Source of the DNA: Alphaproteobacteria bacterium
GTDB lineage: Bacteria; Pseudomonadota; Alphaproteobacteria; UBA7985
NCBI GenBank assembly: GCA_965658725.1
Contig: CBFHUI010000002.1
Span: forward strand, 7,890-71,889
Length of the DNA: 64,000 nt
Direction: 5' to 3'
In this document: piece by piece, positions 34,588 through 44,304 of the stretch
Position numbering within the stretch: position 1 is the stretch's first letter
Layout of the letters: the number at the start of each line of letters is the position of its first letter
Translations under genes and position numbers: made by a program
The notes under the pieces: generated by a model
What the model saw: the letters and a program-made list of their open reading frames with translations, nothing else
The model's database searches: none
What the model was told of the DNA's origin: nothing

Positions 34588-35523
34588 TTAGGAAAAGCTG
34601 AAATAGAAATAGGCTGCAAAGACGCCGAGGAAAGCCAGACCCAGCCAGCGACCGATGCTTCGCCCTGCAACCAACAAACCAACGAGCGCGATCGATGAGA
34701 CGCCGAAAAGGATCAGGCTGCCGTGGTAGAGCTCGCCGGGAATTGAGACCGGTGAGATAAAGGCCACCAAACCCAAAACCAGCATAATGTTCGTCAGATT
34801 GGACCCGACGATATTGCCAATAACCACTTCCCGGTGTCCTTGCCGCGCTGCAGCGATGGAGGCGAACAGCTCGGGTAGACTGGTCCCGATGGCAACAACG
34901 GTCGCGCCGATGACGGCTTCAGGGATGTGGAGGGCTTCAGCGAGTTCAACGGCGCCGTAAATGAAGCTCTGTCCGCCCAAGATCAGCACCAGCAATCCGC
35001 CAAACAGCGAAAGGCTTGCCAGCCCCCAGCCCCAGGCGACGTCGGGGGCCTCTTCGACCGTCGAGCTGTCGCGACCGGTGCGGAAGATCACAACCGCGTG
35101 GACCACCATGGCCAGCAGCAGCAAAGCGCCGAACCATCGGGGTAGAAACTCCAGTCCATAAGCCAGCACCAGAACCACAAGCGTCGCTACCACAAGGATC
35201 GATCCGTCGCGGCGCACAGTGGCCGGTGCGCAGCAAAGCGGCAGAAGCAGGGCCGTAACACCACCGATCAGCAGCACGTTCGTGATGTTCGAACCAATTA
35301 CGTTACCAACGGCGACGTCCGGTACTCCGGAGAGCGCTGCACCCACGGTCACAACGACCTCTGGCGCGCTGGTGCCCCAGGCGACGACGGTCAGGCCGAT
35401 GATAAAGGGAGAGATGCCGATCAACCGTGAGACCGAGACGGCCCCTCGGATCATGAAGTCTGCCCCAAAACTCAACGCGGCCAGTCCGGCGATCAACAGG
35501 AGTGATGGGATCAACAGGTCCAA
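34588..35523 (-). CDS. Ca2+/Na+ antiporter (CaCA family)
   Basis: Two alpha-repeats (GTSAPE, GSNLTN). TTG start proposed, with SD AAGGACG. Confidence 0.75.
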   Translation of the reverse strand: MDLLIPSLLLIAGLAALSFGADFMIRGAVSVSRLIGISPFIIGLTVVAWGTSAPEVVVTVGAALSGVPDVAVGNVIGSNITNVLLIGGVTALLLPLCCAPATVRRDGSILVVATLVVLVLAYGLEFLPRWFGALLLLAMVVHAVVIFRTGRDSSTVEEAPDVAWGWGLASLSLFGGLLVLILGGQSFIYGAVELAEALHIPEAVIGATVVAIGTSLPELFASIAAARQGHREVVIGNIVGSNLTNIMLVLGLVAFISPVSIPGELYHGSLILFGVSSIALVGLLVAGRSIGRWLGLAFLGVFAAYFYFSFS

Positions 35524-35737
35524 AAGAAAATACGTCCTTGTGTTGGGCGTGTTGCAAGGGTGGGCGGTGGATTGGCGACACAGGGACACCGCGTGCACTT
35601 ATACTGATGAAATCTTGGCTTGCACGGGTTTGGTTCAAGTGGTCCTACCAAAAATTAACCGAGGGAAGCTGCGTTGCGTCCGCGCTAAGAAGGCCTAGAT
35701 AGAAGAGTCGCGGATTTATTCAGACGGGGAAGCTCGG

Positions 35738-37996
35738 GTGTCCATACAGATTGACCCAGAAACGCTGGTTCAAGCAGCACAGTCGGCGGTGCGCCTGCAC
35801 CCTGTAGATGGCACCCCGCTGGCCAATGACGTGCCGCTGGAAATCGTCTCCGAATACACCCCGGCAGGGGACCAGCCCCAAGCCATTAACGATCTTCTTG
35901 ATGGGCTACAGGGTGGAGAGCGGGACAACGTGCTGCTTGGTGTCACGGGGTCGGGCAAGACCTTCACCATGGCCCACGTGATCCAGTCGCTGCAGCGCCC
36001 GACGCTCATCATGGCGCACAACAAGACCCTCGCCGCGCAGCTCTATCAGGAAATGAAGGAGTTCTTTCCAAACAACGCGGTGGAGTACTTCGTTTCCTAC
36101 TACGACTATTACCAGCCTGAAGCCTACGTGCCGCGCTCTGATACCTACGTGGACAAGGAAGCGACGATCAATGAGCAGATCGACCGCATGCGCCACTCCG
36201 CAACCCGCGCACTGTTTGAGCGGCGGGACGTGATCATCGTGGCGTCGGTGTCCTGCATCTACGGTATGGGCGCACCCGAGACTTACGCGTCCATGACCAT
36301 GATGCTCGAAGTCGGTGCAGAGATTCCGCAGAAGGAAATGCTGCGCCGCTTTGTTGAGCTGCAATACAAGCGCAACGACGTTGCCTTTCAGCGCGGCATG
36401 TTCCGCGTGCGCGGTGATTCGATCGAGATCTTCCCGGCTCACCTCGAAGACCGCGCCTGGCGCTTGTCGCTGTTCGGCGATGAGATCGAAGGCATCTGGG
36501 AGTTTGATCCCCTGACCGGTGAGAAAACGACCGAGCTGGAAAAGGTTCGGCTCTACGCCAACTCCCACCACGTCACGCCCAAGCCCACGATCATGCAGGC
36601 AATCCAAAAGATTAAGTCCGAGCTGGGACTTAGGCTCGAAGAGCTGGAAGGCGAAGGCAAGCTGCTCGAAGCGCAGCGCCTGCAGCAGCGCTGCACCTTT
36701 GATCTTGAGATGATGGAAGCCACCGGCGTCTGCGCGGGGATCGAGAACTACAGCCGCTATCTCACGGGCCGCGCGCCGGGGGAGCCGCCCCCGACCCTGT
36801 TCGAATACCTGCCCGAAGATGCCTTGCTGATGGTGGATGAGAGCCACGTTTCCGTCCCCCAGATTGGGGCCATGTTCAAGGGCGACCGCGCCCGCAAGGT
36901 GACGCTCAGCGACTATGGTTTCCGCCTCCCGTCCTGTCAGGACAACCGCCCGCTGAAGTTCGAAGAATGGGACGCCATGCGCCCGCAGACCGTCTACGTC
37001 TCCGCGACGCCGAACAAGTGGGAGTTGGAGCGGACGGGCGGGGTCTTTGCGGAGCAGGTGATCCGACCGACCGGCCTGCTGGATCCGCCCTGCATCATCC
37101 GTCCGACCGAAAACCAAGTCGATGACCTCATCGCCGAGTGTCAGGAAACGGTGCAGGCGGGTTACCGCGTGCTGGTTACGACCCTGACCAAGCGCATGGC
37201 CGAAGACCTGACCGATTACCTCAACGAAGCGGGCCTGAAGGTGCGCTATATCCACGCTGACGTTGACACGTTGGAGCGGATCGAGATCATCCGTGATCTG
37301 AGGTTGGGGGTCTATGACGTGCTGGTGGGCATCAACCTGCTACGCGAGGGCCTCGATATCCCTGAATGCGCGCTGGTCGGGATTCTTGACGCGGACAAGG
37401 AGGGCTATCTCCGCTCGACGACCTCGCTGATCCAGACCATTGGCCGGGCCGCTCGGAACGTGGACGGGCGGGTCATCCTTTACGCCGACAAAATCACCAA
37501 TTCCATGCAAGCCGCACTCGACGAGACCGAGCGCCGGCGCATCAAGCAAGTCGCCTACAACGAAGAGCACGGCATCACGCCAGCGACGATCAAGAAGCAG
37601 ATCGGCGACATCATCAATTCCGTCTATGAAAAAGACCACGTCACTGTCGGCACCGGCGATGAAGACCTTGTGACAACAGGCGGCAAAGACCTCAAGGAGA
37701 TCATGGCCGATCTGGAAAACCGGATGAAGGACGCTGCCGCGAACCTCGAATTCGAGGAAGCGGCTCGCCTGCGCGACGAACTCAAGCGGTTGGAAGCTGC
37801 CGATCTGGGACTGGGCGGTGCTGTTTCAGTCAAGTCTGCTGCCGCCGCGCGCGACGGCAAGTCAGAGGGCAAGACCGCCGGTCGCAACCGCGCTCGCCGT
37901 GAGGCGGAAAAGGACTTCACCAAAACAAAAGGGGCCGCACTGGACCCCTTGTCTAAAGTCGCGGGGCCTCGCAAGTCCCCGCGCCGTCGTCGCTAA
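35738..37996 (+). CDS. uvrB: excinuclease ABC subunit B
   Basis: GVTGSGKTF, helicase motifs, beta-hairpin and a UVR C-terminal domain followed by a basic tail. GTG start with SD GGGGA. Confidence 0.9.
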   Translation: MSIQIDPETLVQAAQSAVRLHPVDGTPLANDVPLEIVSEYTPAGDQPQAINDLLDGLQGGERDNVLLGVTGSGKTFTMAHVIQSLQRPTLIMAHNKTLAAQLYQEMKEFFPNNAVEYFVSYYDYYQPEAYVPRSDTYVDKEATINEQIDRMRHSATRALFERRDVIIVASVSCIYGMGAPETYASMTMMLEVGAEIPQKEMLRRFVELQYKRNDVAFQRGMFRVRGDSIEIFPAHLEDRAWRLSLFGDEIEGIWEFDPLTGEKTTELEKVRLYANSHHVTPKPTIMQAIQKIKSELGLRLEELEGEGKLLEAQRLQQRCTFDLEMMEATGVCAGIENYSRYLTGRAPGEPPPTLFEYLPEDALLMVDESHVSVPQIGAMFKGDRARKVTLSDYGFRLPSCQDNRPLKFEEWDAMRPQTVYVSATPNKWELERTGGVFAEQVIRPTGLLDPPCIIRPTENQVDDLIAECQETVQAGYRVLVTTLTKRMAEDLTDYLNEAGLKVRYIHADVDTLERIEIIRDLRLGVYDVLVGINLLREGLDIPECALVGILDADKEGYLRSTTSLIQTIGRAARNVDGRVILYADKITNSMQAALDETERRRIKQVAYNEEHGITPATIKKQIGDIINSVYEKDHVTVGTGDEDLVTTGGKDLKEIMADLENRMKDAAANLEFEEAARLRDELKRLEAADLGLGGAVSVKSAAAARDGKSEGKTAGRNRARREAEKDFTKTKGAALDPLSKVAGPRKSPRRRR

Positions 37997-38010
37997 CTGG
38001 TCCGCAAGCC

Positions 38011-39078
38011 CTAGAGCAGTTCGGGCCAGCCCAGCTTGTCGTTGTTGTTCTTGTCGAGGAAGACAAAGGTTTCCTCCAGCCGCGCGCGCAACTCTTCGAG
38101 CGTCAGGCCCTCAGCCGGGAAGCCCCGCCCGAGCAGCTTGATCCGCAGCAAAAGCGTCGGCGCTTCTGCGCGGGTCACAACGTCATCGTAATCAGCGTCA
38201 AAGGCAGCGTGCATGATGGTGAAGTAGGCCATCATTTCTTCTCGTGTCAGCGCACCGTCATTACCCCGGTCCATCTTGGCAAAGTGGCCGAGGAAAGAGC
38301 GGCGCTCGTACTGCTTGCGCAGCTTGGCTTTCTCTTCCGGCGTCATCTTGCGCACCCGCTCCAGACCGCTTGAGTCGCTTTCCAGCTGAACCAGCAGAAT
38401 GTCGATCTCCTCATCGCTCATGCTGAGGATGTCAGAGGACAGGTCACCCGTTCCTGCTGGGATCGTGGTGCTACGGGTGGTTGTGCCTGTGCTTGGGGTC
38501 GAGCGCGCGCTCTGGTCTTCGTCGCGATTGGTGGAAAGCAGTGGGAGACCTGCAGCCGGGTCGCTGTCCTGATAGGCTGCTGGAACCGAGGCAGCATCGC
38601 GAACCACCGCCCGCTCGGGCTCAGCAGCGAGCAGGTCTTGCAGATCCGGCGACGGCGCGGGTTGGACCACGGCCGTCGACGCGACTTCAGAGGTCGTGCG
38701 GTTGCTGTCGATCAGGGCCGAGGTGTTCGGCTCAATCGGTTTGATCTCGTCATAGCGCGCCAGCTCGATCTGCGGACGGATTGCCGGGATCGGCAGGGTT
38801 GCCAGCGAGGCGGCCAGTTCAATTGGCTCATCAATTGCTTGAATCTCCAGCGGCAGATCGCTGTCATCCCCCCGGTTCAGTGGACCTTCGACTGCGATTA
38901 AGCGCCCGTCTCGGTCATAAGTTTGCTGTCCGCGTGCCGAAGCGTCTAAAACGATTTGGTGAAAGTCCTTATCCGTACGGCCAAGGTTAAAGCTAATGCT
39001 CGGGACAAACCCGCCAGCGCACCCGGTTAAGCCAAAAGCCAGCACAGTTGAGAGGAGACCAATGCGATAGTCGATCAT
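38011..39078 (-). CDS. lipoprotein with C-terminal EF-hand-like motifs
   Basis: Lipobox LTGC; Pro/Ser/Thr-rich linker; DRGNDGALTREE and DKNNNDKLGWPE loops. Confidence 0.55.
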   Translation of the reverse strand: MIDYRIGLLSTVLAFGLTGCAGGFVPSISFNLGRTDKDFHQIVLDASARGQQTYDRDGRLIAVEGPLNRGDDSDLPLEIQAIDEPIELAASLATLPIPAIRPQIELARYDEIKPIEPNTSALIDSNRTTSEVASTAVVQPAPSPDLQDLLAAEPERAVVRDAASVPAAYQDSDPAAGLPLLSTNRDEDQSARSTPSTGTTTRSTTIPAGTGDLSSDILSMSDEEIDILLVQLESDSSGLERVRKMTPEEKAKLRKQYERRSFLGHFAKMDRGNDGALTREEMMAYFTIMHAAFDADYDDVVTRAEAPTLLLRIKLLGRGFPAEGLTLEELRARLEETFVFLDKNNNDKLGWPELL

Positions 39079-39201
39079 TCGTGGAAGTTCCGTTTCAGAG
39101 CCGCGGGCACATCGTTGGATTGCCCATTTGATTGTGATTTCTCATAAACCAACCAGAAAGTAAAGTTATCAGAGACTTGCATACTGATGCTGAAGTGAAA
39201 T

Positions 39202-39843
39202 GTGATTAATTTGTGGCTATTGCCGCTGCCGGCATCGCCGGTTGAGGGGTTCCGTAAGGGGCACATCTCTCTGCGGCCGTTTGAAAAATCAGATGTTAGC
39301 ACCATTCAGGCCCAAGGGAGTGATCCTTCTGTTGCGCATTGGATGATTAGCTTCCCTGTGCCTTGGCCGCGCTGGTTGGCGCGGCATCGGGTGATGCAGG
39401 CGCGCCGCGACATGGCGCGGCAGGAGGGCTTCCATTTCGCCATCATTGCCGAAGACTTGCCCACGCGGCCTATGGTCGGCGCGTGCTCTGCAGCCTTCAT
39501 TGGCGACCCCACTCGCCCGCCGGAATTGGCCTACTGGATCGCGCCAGCGTTTCAGCGGCAGGGACGGGCGCGGCAGGCCCTGCGATTGTTGCTCAGCTTC
39601 CTGTTCGAGCGCGACGAGTTTCTGACCGCCATCGAAGCCGCAGTGATCGAAGGCAACGACGCTTCGACCGAGCTGCTGCTTGGGCTGGGTTTTGCCTACC
39701 ACGAAGACGAATATGCTTCAGCACCGCTCAGCTGGAACCGCCCGCGCGAGGAACAGGTTCTGCTGCGGCGTCATCGATTGTGGCGCGCAGATTGGCTCGC
39801 GCAAGAAAACGCCCATATCTCTCCTGAAGATCTCGATCCCTGA
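39202..39843 (+). CDS. GNAT family N-acetyltransferase
   Basis: GNAT core QRQGRARQALRLLLSF. GTG start. Confidence 0.6.
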   Translation: MINLWLLPLPASPVEGFRKGHISLRPFEKSDVSTIQAQGSDPSVAHWMISFPVPWPRWLARHRVMQARRDMARQEGFHFAIIAEDLPTRPMVGACSAAFIGDPTRPPELAYWIAPAFQRQGRARQALRLLLSFLFERDEFLTAIEAAVIEGNDASTELLLGLGFAYHEDEYASAPLSWNRPREEQVLLRRHRLWRADWLAQENAHISPEDLDP

Positions 39844-39861
39844 AACAAGAAGGCCCTTGCG

Positions 39862-40269
39862 ATGACCGACTTCAAAGCCCTCACCGATGCCGACTGGAAG
39901 CAGCGCCTCACTGACGAACAGTTTCGTGTCGCGCGCAAACACGGGACTGAGCGACCCTTTACCTCGCCGTTCAACGATCTGAAGGATGACGGCACCTACG
40001 CCTGTGCCGCCTGCGGTCAGCCGTTGTTCACCTCAGCCGACAAGTTCGATTCAGGCAGTGGCTGGCCGTCGTTTACCCAGCCTTTGGCCGAGGATGTGGT
40101 GGGGGAGAAGACTGATCGTAGTTTCTTTATGACCCGTACCGAAGTCCATTGCGCCCGCTGTGAAAGCCACTTGGGCCACGTGTTCCCGGACGGCCCGGCG
40201 CCGACGGGCCTGCGTTACTGCATGAACGGGGTGGTGATGTCGTTTGAGAAGGACAGCGACGAAGCCTGA
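39862..40269 (+). CDS. msrB: peptide-methionine (R)-S-oxide reductase
   Basis: CxxC...CxxC zinc site and RYCMN active site. Confidence 0.9.
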   Translation: MTDFKALTDADWKQRLTDEQFRVARKHGTERPFTSPFNDLKDDGTYACAACGQPLFTSADKFDSGSGWPSFTQPLAEDVVGEKTDRSFFMTRTEVHCARCESHLGHVFPDGPAPTGLRYCMNGVVMSFEKDSDEA

Positions 40270-40271
40270 AC

Positions 40272-40610
40272 CTAAGCCAATCGTGCGCCATTAGGGACGG
40301 GTTTATCCGGCGCGACCAGTACGACGTTGCCGTCGTCGTCGTGCAAGCCGAGGGTCAGAAATTCGCTCATGAACGGGCCGATTTGCTTGGCCGGGAAGTT
40401 GACCACGGCAATAACTTGCCGCCCGACAAGCGCTTCAGGCTCATAGTGTTGCGTGATCTGCGCGCTCGATTTCCGTTCCCCGATCTCACCACCAAAATCG
40501 ACCCAAAGTTTGATTGCCGGGCGGCGCGCCTCGGGAAAGGGCTCGGCGCGGGTAACGGTCCCCACGCGGATATCGACGGCCAGAAAGTCATCAAAGCTGA
40601 TCAGGGTCAT
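40272..40610 (-). CDS. tRNA-binding protein (CsaA/EMAP-like OB fold)
   Basis: Conserved DIRVGTV...VVNFP motif. Confidence 0.7.
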   Translation of the reverse strand: MTLISFDDFLAVDIRVGTVTRAEPFPEARRPAIKLWVDFGGEIGERKSSAQITQHYEPEALVGRQVIAVVNFPAKQIGPFMSEFLTLGLHDDDGNVVLVAPDKPVPNGARLA

Positions 40611-40703
40611 GACGGGTTTCTCCGCGCTGGGTCTCATGGGGGCTTTGGAAAGTGGTGGTCCCGGTCTAAGACTATTTCAGGCCAAAAAGCGAGGGTGAAC
40701 CGC

Positions 40704-41345
40704 ATGATACTTCTGACTTGGGTTCTGGTGGCAGCCGGGGGTTATTTGCTGGGGTCAATCCCCTTTGGCCTCGTTCTGGCGCAGCTTGCAGGCTATGGCG
40801 ATATTCGCAAGATCGGCTCGGGCAACATTGGCGCGACCAACGTTCTCCGCACGGGAAACAAGCCGCTGGCACTGGCTGTTCTCATTCTCGACGCGGGCAA
40901 GGGTGCGATTGCGGTGGCGATTGCCTGGGCGCTTGTGGGGTGGGAGTTTGGCGTGGTCGCCGGTAGCGCCGCCTTCATCGGTCATCTCTACCCCGTTTGG
41001 CTGCGGTTCAAGGGCGGAAAAGGCGTGGCGACGGGGCTTGGAACCTTTCTCGCGATCTCTTGGCCCATCTTTATCGGCATGGCGCTGGCGTGGCTGGCTG
41101 GGGCGTTTCTGTTCCGCCGTTCGTCCATGGGCGCGCTCGCTTCTTTTGCCGTCCTACCGCTGCTAACCGGGATCTTCAGCGCCCGCGCGGATGCCGCAAA
41201 CGTGCCGCTGCCGTACTGGTTCATCATTCTGGGTTTCGCCATCGCGGCGATCGTCTTCTACAAACACCGCGCCAACATCGTCCGCATCATCGATGGTACG
41301 GAGCCGAAGATCAGCTTTGGCGGTGGTGACAAGAAAGAGGGCTAA
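40704..41345 (+). CDS. plsY: glycerol-3-phosphate acyltransferase
   Basis: GSGNIGATNVLRTG motif and a multi-TM topology. SD GAGGG. Confidence 0.85.
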   Translation: MILLTWVLVAAGGYLLGSIPFGLVLAQLAGYGDIRKIGSGNIGATNVLRTGNKPLALAVLILDAGKGAIAVAIAWALVGWEFGVVAGSAAFIGHLYPVWLRFKGGKGVATGLGTFLAISWPIFIGMALAWLAGAFLFRRSSMGALASFAVLPLLTGIFSARADAANVPLPYWFIILGFAIAAIVFYKHRANIVRIIDGTEPKISFGGGDKKEG

Positions 41346-41347
41346 GC

Positions 41348-42205
41348 CTACTTTCCCGAAAGCTCTGCGTTCCGCACTTCGCCCGCTTCCATGGCCTCCG
41401 GGAAGAGGTCTGGAAGCCCACGGCTCGGTGCCATGAGCACGTCCAGCGCAGCCTGCGTCACACCGCCAGGGCTCGTCACTCGACGGCGCAACTCTGCGGG
41501 GTCTACATCGGGCTGTTGGCTGGCCAATTGCGCGGCACCCAGCACTGTCTGCCGGGCTGCCAGTTTGGCGTGTTCGGGTGACAGGCCGGTTTTCTCCGCC
41601 GCCGCCGCAATGCACTCGATCAGCAGGAAGACATAGGCTGGCCCGCTGCCTGTCACGCCGACCAGCGCGTCGATCTGCGCCTCGGTCTCAACCCAAATCG
41701 CCTCACCCACCGCTTCAAGCATGACTTCACCCAAGCGCGCGAGGTCAGCATCGACCGCGCCGTTGGCGAGCAGCAGGCTCATCCCCGCTCCAACCGCGGC
41801 TGGTGTGTTTGGCATGACCCGGATGATCGGCGTTTCCGTGCCAAACCAGGCCTCATAGGACGCCACCCCCACACCCGCAGCGATGGAGATCACGGCGGAG
41901 CCTGCGCTTTGCACGATGTCGATGTAATCAGCCGCGACGCCGGCCATGATCTGAGGCTTGACCGCCAGCATGACCATCGCTGGCGCACAGCCAGAGGGCA
42001 GGGCCTCAACGGACGCGAGACAGGCAACGCCAGCCGGCGCACTGCCCGCCTCGGCCATCACCGGGTCAACAATCAGAACCGCGTCAGGCGACAAGCCGGA
42101 ACGCAGCCAGCCATCTAGCAGCGCGCCACCCATATTGCCGCAGCCAGCGAGGATAAGGGGACGATCGGAACGGAAAGCAGATAAATCAGTCATGCCCTTG
42201 GACAT
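41348..42205 (-). CDS. proC: pyrroline-5-carboxylate reductase
   Basis: Rossmann N-terminus and P5CR signature VTSPGGVT. Confidence 0.85.
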   Translation of the reverse strand: MSKGMTDLSAFRSDRPLILAGCGNMGGALLDGWLRSGLSPDAVLIVDPVMAEAGSAPAGVACLASVEALPSGCAPAMVMLAVKPQIMAGVAADYIDIVQSAGSAVISIAAGVGVASYEAWFGTETPIIRVMPNTPAAVGAGMSLLLANGAVDADLARLGEVMLEAVGEAIWVETEAQIDALVGVTGSGPAYVFLLIECIAAAAEKTGLSPEHAKLAARQTVLGAAQLASQQPDVDPAELRRRVTSPGGVTQAALDVLMAPSRGLPDLFPEAMEAGEVRNAELSGK

Positions 42206-42232
42206 GCCAGACTGAAGGGGCGGGGAAAAGGC

Positions 42233-42742
42233 CTAAGCTTCGCCCTGGGTTTCCAGCAGGGACGCAGCGAGCGCATCCTGTGGGTCGCGGCCGCCCCAGA
42301 TGACGAACTGGAACGCCGGGTAGAAGCGATCACACTCGCCCACGGCCACATCGACCAGATCCTCGATCTGCTCGTGGCTGACACCGCCAATGCCGCGCAG
42401 CAGCAGGGTATGACGGAACATCAGCGAAGATTCTTCCTTGGACAGCTCAAAGTGACCGACCCACAGGCGGGAATTCACTTCGGCGAGCAAGGTGTTGATT
42501 TCCTGATTGAGTCGCGCGGGCGCGCGCATCTCAAGCATACAGGTGGTGTGCAGCGCCTGAACCTCACCTTGCCAGAAGCAGTGCAGCTGGTAGGTGGCCC
42601 ACTGGCCGGGGCAGGCAATGACGAGTTCGGACTCACTGGGACGAGCAATCGACCAATCGCTCTCGCCAGAGAGCATGTCTTCGAGCGCATCGATCGGGTT
42701 CAGGATCTCTTCGCGCGCGAAATCCATGCGTGAAAACGCCAT
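42233..42742 (-). CDS. YbjN-domain protein
   Basis: 169-aa acidic protein with a YbjN-like duplicated fold; often adjacent to proC. Confidence 0.6.
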   Translation of the reverse strand: MAFSRMDFAREEILNPIDALEDMLSGESDWSIARPSESELVIACPGQWATYQLHCFWQGEVQALHTTCMLEMRAPARLNQEINTLLAEVNSRLWVGHFELSKEESSLMFRHTLLLRGIGGVSHEQIEDLVDVAVGECDRFYPAFQFVIWGGRDPQDALAASLLETQGEA

Positions 42743-42789
42743 CGATTTAGCTCCCCAACAACTCTCGTTCTAACGGCACCCCAAAGGCA

Positions 42790-42809
42790 TTATCCACAGC
42801 TGTGGATAA
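42790..42809. promoter_or_regulatory. 20-bp perfect palindrome of two head-to-head DnaA boxes (TTATCCACA gc TGTGGATAA)
   Basis: Seen directly in sequence. A third DnaA-like box AAATCCACA lies ~30 bp downstream, and a CTTCCT-N7-AGGAAG repeat follows. Confidence 0.45.
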
Positions 42810-43046
42810 CAGCCGCGCTTTGCTGCGTTTAGGCTGTAAATCCACAAATACTTCCTAGCTATGAGGAAGCGTTATGCGATGGATATCGTCCTTTGTATCT
42901 CAAATCGTCGAGTCGAAGTCTAGAGCGGACGCATAATAATTTGCGCACAGGCTCTGTGGAGCGATGGCTAAAAATCCAATGAATCCAAACTATGCTTGGG
43001 GATAAGCGCAAAAAAACCAGTGAATTCGGCGATCAATTAAGGCGCG

Positions 43047-43307
43047 TCACTTCGCGTCTTTTTCTGAAAGTTTTTCTTCCAGCGCATCAAGCCGTTTTTT
43101 CAGTGCTTCGTTCTCTTCGCGCGCCGTTCGCGCCATCTCGCGCACCACCTCAAACTCTTCCCGCGGGACCACGTCCATATCAGCGAGGGCAGATTCCATG
43201 CGTTGTTTGATCAGAGTCTCCACCTCCGAACGCGCGCCCGCAATCGTCCCGGCGGCACCGTTAGCCAGGCGGGCAAGGTCGTCGAAGAAGCGGTATTGGG
43301 TCTGCAT
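43047..43307 (-). CDS. UbiK/YqiC (BMFP) family accessory protein
   Basis: 86-aa coiled-coil protein MQTQYRFFDDLARLANGAAG.... Confidence 0.6.
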   Translation of the reverse strand: MQTQYRFFDDLARLANGAAGTIAGARSEVETLIKQRMESALADMDVVPREEFEVVREMARTAREENEALKKRLDALEEKLSEKDAK

Positions 43308-43426
43308 GGCGTCAATCCTTGGAAAATGAGCGCGGTTCCGACCCTTCATATAGCATGATGCCTTCCGCTCGCCACAGCCTCGACATAGAACAGGGACAAA
43401 GCACCTTTGAGGTTTGTGAGACACCC

Positions 43427-44302
43427 ATGGAATTCCTGTCCGGCTGGACCCTGCCGCTCTTGGCTGAAATCCCCTTTCCAGCGATTGACCCCGTCCTGAT
43501 CAGCATCGGCCCCATCCCGATCCGTTGGTATTCGCTGGCTTATATTGCGGGCCTCATTCTCGGTTACATCTGGGTGCGACGAAACCTGAGCCGGACGACG
43601 AGCGTGGACGCAAGGGCCATGGATGATCTGTTCTTGTGGATCATCGTGGGCGTTGTTGCCGGAGGACGGCTGGGGTCAGTGCTGTTCTATGGGTTGCAGC
43701 AGGACCCGCAGCTTTATCTGAGCAATCCCATGGCATGGCTTGCGGTTTGGGATGGCGGGATGTCGTTCCACGGGGGCTTTCTGGGTGTGCTGCTGGCGGT
43801 CATTCTATGGTCGCGCTTCAACCGGAAGACCGGCTTCTGGGAAGTCACCGATTTGCTCGCCATTTCTGCGCCTATCGGTCTGTTCTTTGGCCGCATCGCG
43901 AACTTCATCAACGCCGAGCTCTATGGCCGCCCCAGCGACGTTCCTTGGGCCATGCGCTTCCCGCTCTATGACCGGCAGGGCGAGGTCGCGGCCTACACCG
44001 AGCCGCGGCATCCGAGCCAGCTTTATGAAGCGGTGCTCGAGGGGCTGGTGCTGTTCGTGGTGCTGAACCTGTTGTGGCGGAATGCGGCGATCCGGGCGCG
44101 TGCTGGGATGGTGACGGGGGGCTTCATGCTCGGCTACGGGTTGTTCCGCTTTCTGGTTGAGTTTGTGCGCAAGCCTGATGACGGGATCGAAGCCGGATTC
44201 ATCAAGGTGGCTGGTTTGGGAGCCTTCACCACGGGCCAGGAGTTGTCTTTTCCGATGATCATCTTCGGGCTGGCACTGGTCTTGTGGCGGCGGCGGGTGT
44301 GA
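43427..44302 (+). CDS. lgt: prolipoprotein diacylglyceryl transferase
   Basis: FPAIDPVLISIGPIPIRWYSLAY aligns with the E. coli Lgt N-terminus; conserved HGG and GR..NF..E..G motifs. Confidence 0.85.
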   Translation: MEFLSGWTLPLLAEIPFPAIDPVLISIGPIPIRWYSLAYIAGLILGYIWVRRNLSRTTSVDARAMDDLFLWIIVGVVAGGRLGSVLFYGLQQDPQLYLSNPMAWLAVWDGGMSFHGGFLGVLLAVILWSRFNRKTGFWEVTDLLAISAPIGLFFGRIANFINAELYGRPSDVPWAMRFPLYDRQGEVAAYTEPRHPSQLYEAVLEGLVLFVVLNLLWRNAAIRARAGMVTGGFMLGYGLFRFLVEFVRKPDDGIEAGFIKVAGLGAFTTGQELSFPMIIFGLALVLWRRRV

Positions 44303-44304
44303 CC

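Noticed and set aside
42743-43046. Chromosomal replication origin (oriC) call based on the DnaA-box palindrome.
   Set aside because: Only three boxes; no obvious AT-rich unwinding element with 13-mer-like repeats; no flanking dnaA/parAB/hemE context; gene orientation does not switch here. Kept as a DnaA regulatory or titration site hypothesis only.
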